In this document: positions 25,377-38,977 of the stretch, piece after piece | How positions within the stretch are numbered: the stretch's first letter is position 1 | Layout: every line of letters begins with the position of its first letter | DNA from: Octopus sinensis | Lineage: Eukaryota | Assembly: GCF_006345805.1 (NCBI RefSeq) | Contig: NC_043013.1 | Span: 16,368,001 to 16,432,000 of the forward strand | DNA length: 64,000 bases | Direction of reading: 5' to 3' | Position numbers and translations under genes: made by a program | The notes under the pieces: model-generated | Seen by the model: the letters and a program-made list of their open reading frames with translations, nothing else | What the model was told of the DNA's origin: nothing | Database searches by the model: none

Positions 25377-26321
25377 TCACAAGTCGAACTTCCGAGATCG
25401 CTGCTTACAGGAGAATATATTTTTAATGCTTTTTATTATGTTAGCATCAAAAAGCAAAAGAAACGGCAGGAAGACGAAGCTTGACCAATCAGCATAGTTT
25501 AGGACACGTAGCGTTTCTACAGTATAATGGTAAGGTATTATTACACCGGATGAGTTGCTTATTAAGATAACTTGGACAATTCTTGGCACAAGACATAAGA
25601 AAACGATGGAAAAATCAGTCAACAAAATAGGCATGACACAACCGATGTGTTTGTCGTCCATCTTTAGGGAAGGATAAAATTTGGTCTTTGAAGTTGAAGC
25701 CACTAGTGCAATGGCAGACGATAGGAGCAAGACGAGCAAAAACAGGGAAAAATAGGGGAAGAGAATATCTTGTAACAGATGACATGTATCGTTATCACGT
25801 GTGTCGTGATGAGCATTATTGAAATTGAGGAACATAACTATTAGATTGATTAAAGCACTTAAAATTGCCATCGAAAGCAAACTAATATGAATGCCATATT
25901 CATAGCATTTTGACATGTAAACCTGTGGCTTTAGAAGTGAAACACACCGATCGATATTCAAACAAATCATACTTATATTAGCCGCGTCTTGAATAGTTCT
26001 AGACAAGGCATGCCATAAAATACAAAAATTTGCTCCCAAATTCCATTTTCCGTGATTGCTTTCTAAGTAAGCTTCTATGCAAAGGCTGACTATTCCAAAA
26101 ATAAGTGATGTAAACAGTACACCAAGTAGACATTTTCTATAGGGATTCCAGTACTTTGACCAATCTTTAGACAATGCCACAATTATGAGAGAGCAGAGGC
26201 TTATAATTGGGCTGGTAAGACAAATAAGGAAAATACTTCTGCCACTTAAGTGACTGCCGGCAGGAGGTTGGGCGATACCGTATATGTAGTAGCTGTGATC
26301 TTTTATATCTGTTATCACCAT
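25377..26321 (-). CDS. Divergent class A (rhodopsin-like) GPCR 1, 314 aa, single coding exon
   Basis: Seven hydrophobic segments; ECL1 WNLGANFC, TM3 C..(23)..DRC at canonical spacing, ECL2 Cys, TM6 CLVP, helix 8; AG acceptor immediately before the ATG. Confidence 0.9.
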   Translation of the reverse strand: MVITDIKDHSYYIYGIAQPPAGSHLSGRSIFLICLTSPIISLCSLIIVALSKDWSKYWNPYRKCLLGVLFTSLIFGIVSLCIEAYLESNHGKWNLGANFCILWHALSRTIQDAANISMICLNIDRCVSLLKPQVYMSKCYEYGIHISLLSMAILSALINLIVMFLNFNNAHHDTRDNDTCHLLQDILFPYFSLFLLVLLLSSAIALVASTSKTKFYPSLKMDDKHIGCVMPILLTDFSIVFLCLVPRIVQVILISNSSGVIIPYHYTVETLRVLNYADWSSFVFLPFLLLFDANIIKSIKNIFSCKQRSRKFDL

Positions 26322-26472
26322 CTACATGAAATATAATAAACAAACATTTCCTTGAACGTTATATATATTTTGTTACGATAAAACATTCAAGCATCATTAA
26401 AAAACATGCACTGAAAAATTTTTTAATATTTTTTGAAAAATAAACATTTTTATATTTTTCATTGAAAATATC

Positions 26473-26688
26473 TAAGGGGTTAAACACAGAGGGGACAAAC
26501 AAGGACAGACAAACGGATAAAGTTGATTACATTGACCCCAGTGCGTAACTGGTACTTAATTTATCGACCCCGAAAGGATAAAAGGCAAAGTCGACCTCGG
26601 CGGATTTTGAACTCAGAACGTAACGACAGACGAAATACGGCTACGCATTTCGCCCGGCGTGCTAACGTTTCGGCCAGCTCACCGCCTT
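26473..26688 (-). mobile_element. SINE family A, long-tail subfamily
   Basis: Full head-core-tail on the minus strand; approximate TSD tttca.tg.aaatatc. Confidence 0.85.
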
Positions 26689-27069
26689 TTCAATGGAAAA
26701 TATCGTTAAACTTTCATTAAAAATACTCGTTTGTATATTTTAAATTTATTATCACTGGAAATTCTTATTAAATATAAAAAGCTTACATTTCTATATTATT
26801 TCATTTTAAAAAATATTGCAAATAATGGCATTAGTTAATATTGAATCCAATATTGAAAAATATTTTAAATATTTACGTTTGTTTATATTTAATTTTATAT
26901 CATTAAAAAACATTACATATATAAAAGAATCTGTATGTTTACATTAATATTGAAACAATCATTATAAGTTTCTGTATATTAAATTGACCCCTAAAAAGTT
27001 ATAACTGAAAAAAAAACCCATTAAAATACCATTAAATTATGTACATTTGTACATAATTTAATGATATCT

Positions 27070-27242
27070 AGACTTCGGCCATTCTGCGGCACCGCCATAA
27101 AGAAATCGATTCCAGTATGTATTTTGTTCTAAGCCTGGTACTTATTTTGTCGGTCTCTTTTGCAGAAACGCTAAGTTACGGGGACGTAAAGAAACCAATA
27201 CCGGTCTTCGAACGGTGATGGAAAACAAACACAAAGGCACAT

Positions 27243-27282
<40 letters not shown>

Positions 27283-27435
27283 CGACGAGCTTTCAGTTTC
27301 TGTCTACCAAATCCAGTCACAAGGATTGATCAGCCTGTGGCTAGAGCAGGAGAACGAAAATGTCACGCAATAGAACTGAACCAGAAGCCTTTTGGTTAGG
27401 AATCAAACTTCTTACCGCACTGCCAGTCCCACGCC
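27070..27435 (-). mobile_element. Diverged SINE family B
   Basis: Similarity to other family B copies. Confidence 0.7.
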
Positions 27436-27844
27436 AACATCGCTTCAAAATCGTATGAGAACTTCGTCAAAATATTAACATGTAGATATATTGAAAAATA
27501 AAATTTTACATCAGCTGTCCCGATGGTTAAAATTTTGAGGCAGATTTTGGCCGCGAATTCTAGAGAGGGAACGACTCCGTAGAGGCTCTTCGTGTTGTTG
27601 TTGTTGTCGCCCCTAAAATCACAAAGCCATTGATATGCATTCTATATCATCAGGAGCATCCATCAATGGGTGATATATCCTCTTGCCTTAAAAACCTTGT
27701 TCTGGCGGTTTTTGTTTTGTTTTATTATTGCCGTAATTGTTATTTTTGCTATTGTTGCTTTTGTTGTCGGTATTGTTGTTTTCGGTGTTGTTATTATTGC
27801 TGTTGAGCGTAGCAGTCTTCGTCCAGTGGGAGAAGTCCGAAACG

Positions 27845-28157
27845 TGGTCCTTTGCTCTTCGTAAGACCCGCAGAAGAGAAAGCAGGTCAACCTCCGACAC
27901 CGAGAGCATCGACGGATGGATGCGCATCCAGGCTCAGCGGTTGCGTAGAAGTCGGGGATAAGAAACAGGAAGAAAGAGTGAGAGAAAGTTGGGGCGAAAG
28001 AGTACAACAGGGGTCGCCACCACCCCCTGCCGGAGCCTCGTGGAGCTTTGGGTGTTTTCGCTCAAAAAACACACACAACGTCCGGTCTGGAAATCGAAAC
28101 CGCGATCCTCCGACCGCGAGTCCGCTGTCCTAACCATTTGACCATTGCGCCTCCACG
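27845..28157 (-). mobile_element. SINE family C (tRNA-Arg-like head)
   Basis: Reverse complement of 31031-31230. Confidence 0.8.
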
Positions 28158-29483
28158 CTGTTGCTGTTGTTTTCCTTCCTGATATTCTTCGAATTGTGTC
28201 GTCGGCCATCAGGCTTTCTCATATCACCTGAGCAGAGCAATTAGGAGTTGAAGTTGGGTCTCAGGTTTTAGATTGTGCAAAGTGGGAGAAGCTCTTATCA
28301 CCGCCGCCGCCGTACCACCACCAACAACACCACCACCACCAACAACAACAATAGTCACTATGAGATAATTCGATCTACTAGAAATAGCACCAGATCTCTC
28401 TCGTATTACACCTTCCATCGTGGGAAATGAAAGACACAGTTGATAACATAGTCTTAAGTACACAATACTTGAAAGAAACACGAGAAAAGGGTGGGTAGAC
28501 TTTGATCATAGATGAATGCTGCTAGGGCTAAAGAATAACTACACCTACTTCAAAATTTACAAGTAAATGCCGCGAGTAAGGCTTGTTCGAAGTCATAAAA
28601 TGCTGGGTTCAATCTTACTAAGTGACATCTAAAACAAGAGTCTTGCTATAGGCTCATTGTTCATTCAAGCTTCTTGAGTGAAATTGGGTAGACAGAAACT
28701 GGGCGGAAGCCCCTCAGATGGATTGCTCTCGTATTTCAAAGGAGCGACTGTATCACGTATCTTAGGTTTTCAAATATTAATCTGTAATGAAGCTTCAAGG
28801 TAAATATAAATACAAATTAGAGTAAGTTAAGTTTCACCACGAGGAGTGAAAAATCCTTACTTTTCGGACATTGCCCATGCTATCAGTAGACATTTATTTT
28901 TTATATTCTTTCTTTCTGAAGAAAGACTAGAATCCGAAACGCAACGTTTTCCATACCACATAGCAAACAAGTTACCACACTTAATATTCATGTATTTTAG
29001 TTATTCTTTTCATTTACTGTGGAGTGGGGGATGCACCTATGTTGTTTCTTGTGAAATTCATATTATGGGGCTTTGCGGTCGCCGTTAGCCTCAGCGTTCC
29101 AGCCGTGAGAAACCGTCTTAAATTGATGCCATTAATGTTACAGTTACGCAGTTGCAGACCAACCTCTGCAGAGGAAACATGAGGAAGGAGAAAATTCCAG
29201 AGATCGACATGCTAGGGAGAAAGGACTAAGAATGATTGCGTGTGCGAGAACCGAAGGAATTAGGTATGCCAAAAGTAAAGGCAATTGGATCGAAGATGCC
29301 AGAGTGGGGGATGTGTGGGGTGAGGTATGAGACCAGCCAACTCTGAGGAACAGATGTCATTGCAGTAGACCATGAGACCATGGATCTGTTGCACCAGGGC
29401 CTGGCCGACCTAGGGTCAAATAAAAAGGAATAAAACAGTAGATAATTAGGCTTTGATATACAGTCTGGATAACCTTTGACTTG

Positions 29484-29525
<42 letters not shown>

Positions 29526-30125
29526 CAGTAGACACGGGATTAAACCGCAACAGCTAAAGCAAGCGTTGGCTTCTATGACCCTAGATACTGCATAGCAAAA
29601 ATATCGACGAGATAGTCACGATTGGAACATATTTATAGATAGGTATTCTGGGTCAGAGCTGACCGAGAGTTAAACAACGAAATATTAATAACAACAATAC
29701 CAACAACAATCACAACTGCAATCATAATAACAACAATAATGACGAAAGACACTAGGGAATATGATTCCAGCTGCACAAAGGAAGCATACAAGAGTTGGTC
29801 ATGGGAAGAACGCCTCTGAAAATAAGTCTTAGAGAGCTAAGCTAACAATAGCAATATTAAAAATGAAAACAATAAATTGGACTTACTTTGTTTCTTATTG
29901 TTAACCTGTTTGTCTTGTTCCCAGTGAAAGTGAGAAGGGGCTGGTTTTGTGCACTTCTTGCATAGAGTTGTTGATTTATTGTCAAAGAAATTAGCTAGCT
30001 TGTTTGTGAGCAATTAGGATGACTGATTAAGCATTTGTTACAAATGTTGGCCTAGCACTCAAGAAAACAGGGTGGACACCCACCCCCCACAAATAAATAT
30101 ATAAGTAAATATATGTTTAATAAAT

Positions 30126-30191
<66 letters not shown>

Positions 30192-30342
30192 AAACATATA
30201 TATATATATGTACGCATGCATGTATATGTATATATACATACACACACATGTATAAACGCACACATACACACTCATGCACAAACTCAAAAGGAGATACATA
30301 GATTAACATGAACATGTAAACAAATAAATGCCTCTCTCCCCC

Positions 30343-30385
<43 letters not shown>

Positions 30386-31030
30386 CATACGTACATGCAT
30401 ACATACATACATACATACATACATACATACATACATACATACATACATACATGGATATACATATACACACAGACACACGTTAATACACGTATGTACACAC
30501 AAACCAACAAACAAAATTAAGCAAGTGACTTTTTAGTCTAGTGCTGCCTGCAATTATAAATAATGAGTTTCTACGAAATAGACTTACGTTTCATTAGAAT
30601 AATTAGTACATTACACACAATCAAATGTGGTTTAACCCCACCCAACTGACTCTCACACAACCGCACACGAACAATCCCGTATATATGTGGTAACGAAAGG
30701 ATACGTGGCTTAGTGTGATGCGCTCATGACCGAAAGCTTGTGGTTTCAATTCCTGGACCGGGCGATACGTTGTATTCTTGAGGAAAACCCTTCTTTTCAC
30801 GCTGCTCCAGTCCATTCAGCTGGCAAAAATGAGCAATCCTGCGACGGACCAGCGTACTGTCCGGGGTGAGGGGCAATATATGCGCCACAGAATCTGGAAA
30901 ACCAGCCGCATGAGCCTCTGACTCAGGAAGGATATTTTATCTTTTCGTTTTATCTTTTGTATACTATGTAATTTCCCTTCTTTTCCCCTATATACTGTGT
31001 GTGCTTACTCTTTGTTATTATTATTCTTTC

Positions 31031-31415
31031 GTGGAGGCGCAATGGCCTAGTGGTTAGGGCAGCGGACTCGCGGTCGTAGGATCGCGGTTTCGATTCCCAG
31101 ACCGGGCGTTGTGAGTGTTTATTGAGCGAAAACACCTAAAGCTCCACGAGGCTCCGGCAGGGGATGGTGGTGATCCCTGCTGTACTCTTTCACCACAACT
31201 TTCTCTTACTCTTACTTCCTGTTTTCTTTGTGTCCCGTATTTCAAAGGGCCGGCCTTTTCACTCTCTGCGTCACGCTGAATATCCCCGAGAACTACGTTA
31301 AGGGTACACGTGTCTGTGGAGTGCTCAGCCACTTACACGTTAATTTCACGAGCAGGCTGTTCCGTTGATCGGATCAACCGGAACCCTCGTCGTCGTAACC
31401 GACGGAGTGCTTCCA
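31031..31415 (+). mobile_element. SINE family C (tRNA-Arg-like head, TCG at the anticodon position)
   Basis: A box tggcctagtgg, B-box-like ggtttcgattccc. Confidence 0.85.
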
Positions 31416-31539
31416 TTATTCTTTCACTTCTCAGAACGCTCGTTTTTATTTGTTCTGGTTGATTCTGTGAGAAAGGGCGGCAGCTTGCAATCAGAGGTCT
31501 CTTTCCGCACATTATAAGCTTTGATACTTGGCTGTTAAT

Positions 31540-32692
31540 CATCGTGGGAAACATTCAACATCCAAGTACCAATCTCAAAATCCTAGCTGTCTTCCAGCAG
31601 AGCAGTTTTTGGGGTTCGCTCAGCTCTCATGTCAATTCCGATTTCTCTGACATATTTCTCGATTTTGGTTGTTATTGCTCCGAGTGTCCCTACAACCACT
31701 GGAATGACAGACGCTCTCCTTGTAGTTCACATTCTTGCAATTTCGTCTTTTATTAGTCTGTATTTTTCAATCTTTTCTAGTTCTTTGTCACTTATGCGTG
31801 CTTCCCCAGGTATTACAATATCTATAATCTTGGTTTCCTTTTTTCTTTATCTACCACAGCATTATCTGGTCTACGAGCATCGAAAAGGGAGTTATATTGG
31901 ATTGTAAAATACCACAATATCTTATATTCCTTGTTCTCGGTGACTCTTTCTGGTTCATGTTCGTATCATTTCCGTGCTCTGTTCAGGCCGCACTTTTCAC
32001 AAAGCCTCCAGTGGAAGAACTTAGCCACGTTATCCTGCCTCCCTTTGTATTGCTTTTTAGATGTCACATAGCATCCAGTATCGTGATGTTGATTGAAAAT
32101 ATTGAGTCTACCTGAGGTTTGTAACAACAAGGACCTCAGACAGACAGTATGCGTGCAGTTCCAAGTAATGCTGATTTTTGCAATACACCTAGATTGTAGG
32201 GTATTTTTAAAGTTTCCAGATGATTTTTTCAGGTTGGGTGGTATTGAACTCAATGCTTCGATGACCATAGGGACAACCTTTATGTTTGCTCTCGTAGCTG
32301 CCACATCTTAGAGATCTCAATTCTCAAGTCTCCATATATATCAATATTTTCTCTTTCTTTCATTATATGTTGATCTCCTGGCACTGCCACGTCGATTATT
32401 AAGCACACTTGTTTGTCCCTCCTATTAGGCACACTTCTTTATCCCTACTATATCCGGCTCTAACACCTTGTCTGTCTGGAAGTCAAAGTCCCAGAGGATT
32501 TTTGCTTTCCCCTTTTCGTTCATTACGTTTTCCGGTGTATGTTGGTACCAAGCACCCTTTACCTCGTATCCATACTTTTGGCATAGTAGCCAGTGAAGGT
32601 TTTGGACCACCTTGTCGTGTCTGCACTTGAACTCTTTCTGCCCAATACTTTCACAAGCTCTAACAATGTGAGTCACGCTTTCGACCCTATTA
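31540..32692 (-). mobile_element. Two decayed RLE (Dong/R4-like) LINE 3' fragments
   Basis: ESVTHIV..C, RHDKV..HW.LC, ILWDF, PDIV motifs; terminates in (TAA)n. Confidence 0.75.
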
Positions 32693-32693
32693 A

Positions 32694-32770
<77 letters not shown>

Positions 32771-32771
<1 letters not shown>

Positions 32772-32981
32772 AGCGGCGAGCTGGCAAAATCGTTAGCACG
32801 TTGGATGAAATGCTTTGCGGTATTTCACCCGTGGTTACGTTCAGAGTTCAAATTCCGCTGAGGTCGACTTTGCTTTCATCCTTTCGGGGTCGATTAAATA
32901 AGTACCAATGAAACACTGGTATAGATGTAATCAACTATCTCCCTACACAAAATTTCAGGCCTTGTGCCTATAGCAGAAAGG

Positions 32982-33022
<41 letters not shown>

Positions 33023-33232
33023 AGCGGCGAGCTGGTAAAATCGTTAGCACGTTGGATGAAATGCTTTGCGGTATTTCACCCGTGGTTACGTTCAGAGTTC
33101 AAATTCCGCTGAGGTCGACTTTGCTTTCATCCTTTCGGGGTCGATTAAATAAGTACCAATGAAACACTGGTATAGATGTAATCAACTATCTCCCTACACA
33201 AAATTTCAGGCCTTGTGCCTATAGCAGAAAGG

Positions 33233-33285
<53 letters not shown>

Positions 33286-33475
33286 GGCGGCGAGCTGGCA
33301 GAATGGTTAACAAGCCGGGAGAAATGCGTAGCGGAGTTCAAATTCCGTCGAGGTCGATTTTGTCTTTCTTCCTTTCGGGGTCGATAAGTTAAGTAGCAGC
33401 TGAGTACTGGGGTCGATGTAATTGTCTGTTCCCTCCCCACAAAATCCAGGCCTTGTGCTTATAGTAGAAAGGATT
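32771..33475 (+). mobile_element. Three SINE family A (short-tail) copies separated by (ATT)n; the first two are near-identical
   Basis: 32771-32982 vs 33022-33233 differ at about one base. Confidence 0.9.
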
Positions 33476-33479
33476 ATTA

Positions 33480-34262
33480 TTAGGCGTCGACGAGGATCAA
33501 CTTACTGGTCTGTTTCGGAGAACTTTCGGACCGAGGCCTGTGGATAACTTCCAGAAATCTCTTGTCTGGCAGTGCTACCGAGGGGCACTGCCCGTTCAGG
33601 ATAAACTTTGCAGGCACTGAAGGGCCGTCAGCCGGGCCTTCTCGAGGTGCACTGAGAGTGACGAAACCCTTCTGCACGCCCGAGCATTGCTGACCTGTGG
33701 GTTTATATCGAATAGCTGCTGTCGTGTGTAGGACGGATCTGGCTATCAGCTGAATCCATAGTCAAGATTACCCCAACGATATCCTGTAACCGGAAGGGGC
33801 AGGCAATTTCCATTTGTCTGGTGACTGTAGCAAAAGAGATAGTATGGTAGATTCGTTTGAAAGGGCTGAAGTCAAACACTTTCCTCTTTGGCCAAACCCT
33901 CAACAACTTTTACAAGTTTCACTTGAAAAGGAAAGTGAGGGTGGAGAGGGAAGTGTTGTCTTCTAGCAAATTTATTGAAAAGTGGGTGGATGTTGGAAAA
34001 ATGGCCAGTGTTGATGGACCAATTCTGAGAATACACTTGTAAAAAGAATAAAAGAAGGGTTCTTGCGCTGTTGATCAGGCACCCGTGGCCTTTGTTGGGT
34101 TTTCCACGAATAACCTTTAAAGCGCCTCCCCCTAGTGGGAATTTTACTTGTTACCTCACTTTTGTTATTTAATTTTTACACGAATGTGAAAACCCTTTGT
34201 ATCGTCTTGTGTTGTCTTTTATGCATAACTTATATTAGCCCCTGTGGCCAATAAAAGAAAAA
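33480..34262 (+). mobile_element. Tx1/L1-like LINE ORF2 3' fragment
   Basis: SRC.ESDETLLHA zinc-finger remnant; ..FYKFHLKRKVRVEREVLSSSKFIEKW..; 3' tail gcccctgtggccaataaaagaaa plus (ATT)n. Confidence 0.7.
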
Positions 34263-34309
34263 TTATTATTATTATTATTGTTGTTGATGTTGTTGTTATT
34301 AGTATTATA

Positions 34310-34363
<54 letters not shown>

Positions 34364-34386
34364 ATTAGTAGTAGTAGTAGTATTAT

Positions 34387-34424
<38 letters not shown>

Positions 34425-34429
34425 TTCAG

Positions 34430-35290
34430 TAGTGCAGCTCTGTGTGCCATGACTATGTGGTTTGTTGAGGTGCTCTTATTTTCACTGTATTGAAAGTGTT
34501 TTACGTAGGATGTGTGCTATTTTCTGCATGTCAATATGACATACAGAAAATAGCCCACTTGTAAGTCCTGGTGTTTTTGTTATGCATTTGTCTGAATGTT
34601 TTTTTATCATACTTAATGCGCCCACTATAGTAGGAATTGTTTCTGATTTTACGCTCCACATTCGAATTACCTCTATTTCTAGGTCTTTGTATTTTGAAAG
34701 TGTCTCCGTTTCTTTTAGAGAAACATTGCTATCTGTTGATATTCATATATCGATTAGAACACTTTTTTTTCTTAGTTATCTCTGACAACTATATCTGGCC
34801 AATTGGCCTTACTTTCTCTATCTGTGTGTATTGGCATATCCCAGGGTATGGTTGCTTTCTCGTTTTCTGTGACCTTTCCTGATGTGTGCCCACACCATCT
34901 TTTTTCTGTTGTTATTGCATAGTGTTAGCATAGCTTCTAGTATATATAGGTCCCAACTCTGTCATGTCTGTGAATACATTCTTTCTTAGCCAGGACTGGG
35001 GAGCCAGAGACAATATGATTTGTTGTTTCTTCTCCACCACCACCTATACTGGAGTTACTTGTATTTCTTTTCATTACTTGTTTTTGGTGATTTCTAGTGG
35101 GAAGGCTTTGATCTTGTACTGCAATTAACGATCATCCAGTCTCTGCCTTGAGTCCTGAGCTTCTCAGCCATTATTGGGATTTTGCTTTGTCTATTTCTTT
35201 TCTGTTTAGCTTAACCTAATATCTGTCACGTAGGGACTTTTCTTGCCATCATTTTATCATGATCTGTTGCTGTTCCAGTTTTAGTTCAAA
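34430..35290 (-). mobile_element. Dong/R4-like RLE LINE 3' fragment
   Basis: Reverse-complement homology to 4872-5695. Confidence 0.8.
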
Positions 35291-35309
35291 TGAGCATGCC
35301 TAGACAGGC

Positions 35310-37305
35310 AACTATATGCATACATATATGCATGCATACATATATACAAACATACATACATGCATGCATGCATACATACATACATACATACATACATACA
35401 TACATACATACATACATACATACTACATGCATGCATGCATACATAAATACATACATACATACATACAAACATACATACATGCATGCATGCATACATACAT
35501 ACATACATACATACATACATACATGCATACATACATACATACATACATACATACATGCATGCATGCATGCATACATACATACATACATACATACATACAT
35601 ACATGCATACATACATACATACATGCATGCATACATGCATGCATAAATACATACATACATACATACATACATACATACATGCATACATACATACATACAT
35701 ACATACATGCATACATACATACATACATGCATACATACATACATACATGCCTACATACATGCATGCACACATTCATACATACATCATACATACATACATA
35801 CATGCATACATACATACATACATACATACATACATACATGCATGCATACATACATACATACATACATACATGCATACATACATACATACATACATGCATA
35901 CATACATGCATACATACATACATACATACATGCATGCATACATACATACATACATGCATACATACATACATACATATATAGATACATGCATACATACATG
36001 CATGCATACATACATGCATACATACATGCTTGCATACATACATACATACATACATACATGCATGCATGCATACATACATACATACATACATACATACATA
36101 CATACATACATGCATACATGCATACATACATACATACATACATACATGCATACATGCATACATACATACATACATACATACATACATGCATACATACATA
36201 CATACATGCATACATGCATACATGCATACATACATACATACATGCATACATACATAAATTCATACATACATACATACATACATACATACAAACATGCATA
36301 CATACATATATACATGCATGCATACATACATACATTCATACATACATACATACATACATGCATACATACATACATACAAACATACATACATACATACATA
36401 CGTACGTACATACATACATTCATACATACATACATACATTCATACATACATACATACATACATACATTCATACATACATACATACATGCATGCATACATA
36501 CATGCATGCATACATACATACATACATACATACATACATGCATGCATACATACATACATACATACATACATGCATACATACATGCATACATACATACATA
36601 CATACATTCATACATACATACATGCATACATACATACATGCGTGCATACATACATGCATACATACATACATACACATTCATACATACATACATACAAATG
36701 CATACATTCATACATGCTACATTCATACATGCATACATACATAACCTACATACATACATACATACATACATATCATACATACATACATACATGCATACAT
36801 ACATACATACATCATACATACTACATGCATGCATACATCATACATACATGCATACATACAACATACATACATACATACATACATACATACATACATGCAT
36901 ACATACATACACACACAACACCATACATACATACATACACATATACATTCATTCTACATACATACATACATTCAATACATACATACATACATACATACAC
37001 ATCACACATTCATACATACATATATACATACATACATACATACAACATGCATACATACATACACACACCACAACATACATACATACATACATACATTCAT
37101 TCATACATACATACAATGCATACATACATACATACATACATACATGCATGCATACATACATACATACAATACATACATGCATACATACACACACACACAC
37201 ATACATACATACATGCATGCATACATACATGCATACATACATACATACATGCATACATACATGCATACATACATGCATGCATACATACATACATACATAC
37301 ATACA

Positions 37306-37335
<30 letters not shown>
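35310..37335. repeat. About 2-kb (CATA)n/(CATG) tetranucleotide array
   Basis: Direct reading; source of the long HTYI/MYVC pseudo-ORFs. Confidence 0.95.
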
Positions 37336-37336
<1 letters not shown>

Positions 37337-37575
37337 TGTTGTGTCTAGGGAGAGACATTATGCCAATGTACTGAAAACACACACTGATTTAATTCCGCTC
37401 CCAACTAACAAATTTGTTTTGTTTTCGTTTGTCAAAGCACTTTTGTTGCTGCTTGCAACCTTTTCAATGACGATTGATTTAGTTCGTCATAGAACTCATT
37501 TTGAGCTTGAGATTTGCTGCGTGCGCATCAGTGGTCACGTGCGCTTCTGTGTATGTACGAATGTATGTATGTATG

Positions 37576-37606
<31 letters not shown>

Positions 37607-37923
37607 TGTATGTGTATGTATGTATGTATGTGTATGTATGTATGTATGTATGTATGTATGTATGTATGTATGATGTATGTATGCATGTATGTATGTAGGT
37701 ATGTATTCTGCATATTCATGTATTTGTGTGGGCGCGTGCCTCTGTGTGTGTTTGTATGTACATGTAATCTATGTATAAATCCATACATGCATACATGTAT
37801 ATGTATATATATATATTATAATTTTTTTTTAAAATAAAAATAAGATATAAGTGAAATTTTACCGGTGAGTGTGTTAAATAATAAGGCACTAAAAGAGAAT
37901 GACTCTCCCCAGACACAAACAGA

Positions 37924-37987
<64 letters not shown>

Positions 37988-37997
37988 CATTAATACT

Positions 37998-38061
<64 letters not shown>

Positions 38062-38069
38062 CATATATA

Positions 38070-38126
<57 letters not shown>

Positions 38127-38224
38127 AACATAAATATGCATATATACACAATATATATGTGCGTGTGTGTGTATGTACATCTATCTATGTAATATACATA
38201 CATACATTTGCATACACACACACC

Positions 38225-38258
<34 letters not shown>

Positions 38259-38688
38259 ATGCATGTATGTATGTATGTATGTATGCATGTATGTATGTAC
38301 GCATGATTTTTGCAAACAACTTACACATGCAAGCGCTACCAGTCGAATGATGCATTGGGGCTTGGGTGTGTACATGTATGTGTTTAAGTGGAAGTGTTGC
38401 TATATAATGCTAAGTAGACTATCAACATCATGTTAATGTGGTTAACATTTCATCCGAGCCGCTAATGACTATTCACTTAGAGTTTTAACATTTATATTTA
38501 CTTGCAACTCTTTTACCCTCATCCAAATCAAATCTGGGTCAACGCTGCCTTTTCGACTTGTGCAAGAAATATGGGCGAAAACTAAGCTTTTCATCTTTGA
38601 GGGAGTAGTCGATAAAATAACGTAACAGTCAATTACAGGGGCGAGTTGATCTGACTTGTCCACTGAATCGGAGGGGTCTTGGATAGGA

Positions 38689-38689
<1 letters not shown>

Positions 38690-38719
<30 letters not shown>

Positions 38720-38777
38720 CTTCTTCTTCTTCTTCGTTCCTTCTTCTTCTTTTCTTCTTCTTCTTCTTCTTCTTCTT

Positions 38778-38808
<31 letters not shown>

Positions 38809-38975
38809 TTATTATTATTATTATTATTATTGTTGTTGTTGTTGTTGTTGTTGTTATCATTATTATTATTATTGTTGTTGTTGTTGTTATTATTATTATT
38901 GTTGTCGTTGTTGTTATCATTATTGTTGTTGTTGTTGTTGTTGTTGTTATTATTATTATTATTATTATTATCATC
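38690..38975. repeat. Compound (TTC)n(TTA)n(TTG)n microsatellite
   Basis: Direct reading. Confidence 0.95.
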
Positions 38976-38977
38976 AT

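Noticed and set aside
29100-29430. Possible LINE 3' remnant on the minus strand
   Set aside because: Too degraded to assign confidently by eye
31031-31110. tRNA-Arg-like sequence
   Set aside because: Continues into a SINE body present in several copies; acceptor stem not convincing, so not a tRNA gene
35281-37788. Very long ORFs (up to 621 aa) of HTYI/MYVC repeats
   Set aside because: Translations of the (CATA)n array, which lacks stops in most frames; no coding evidence
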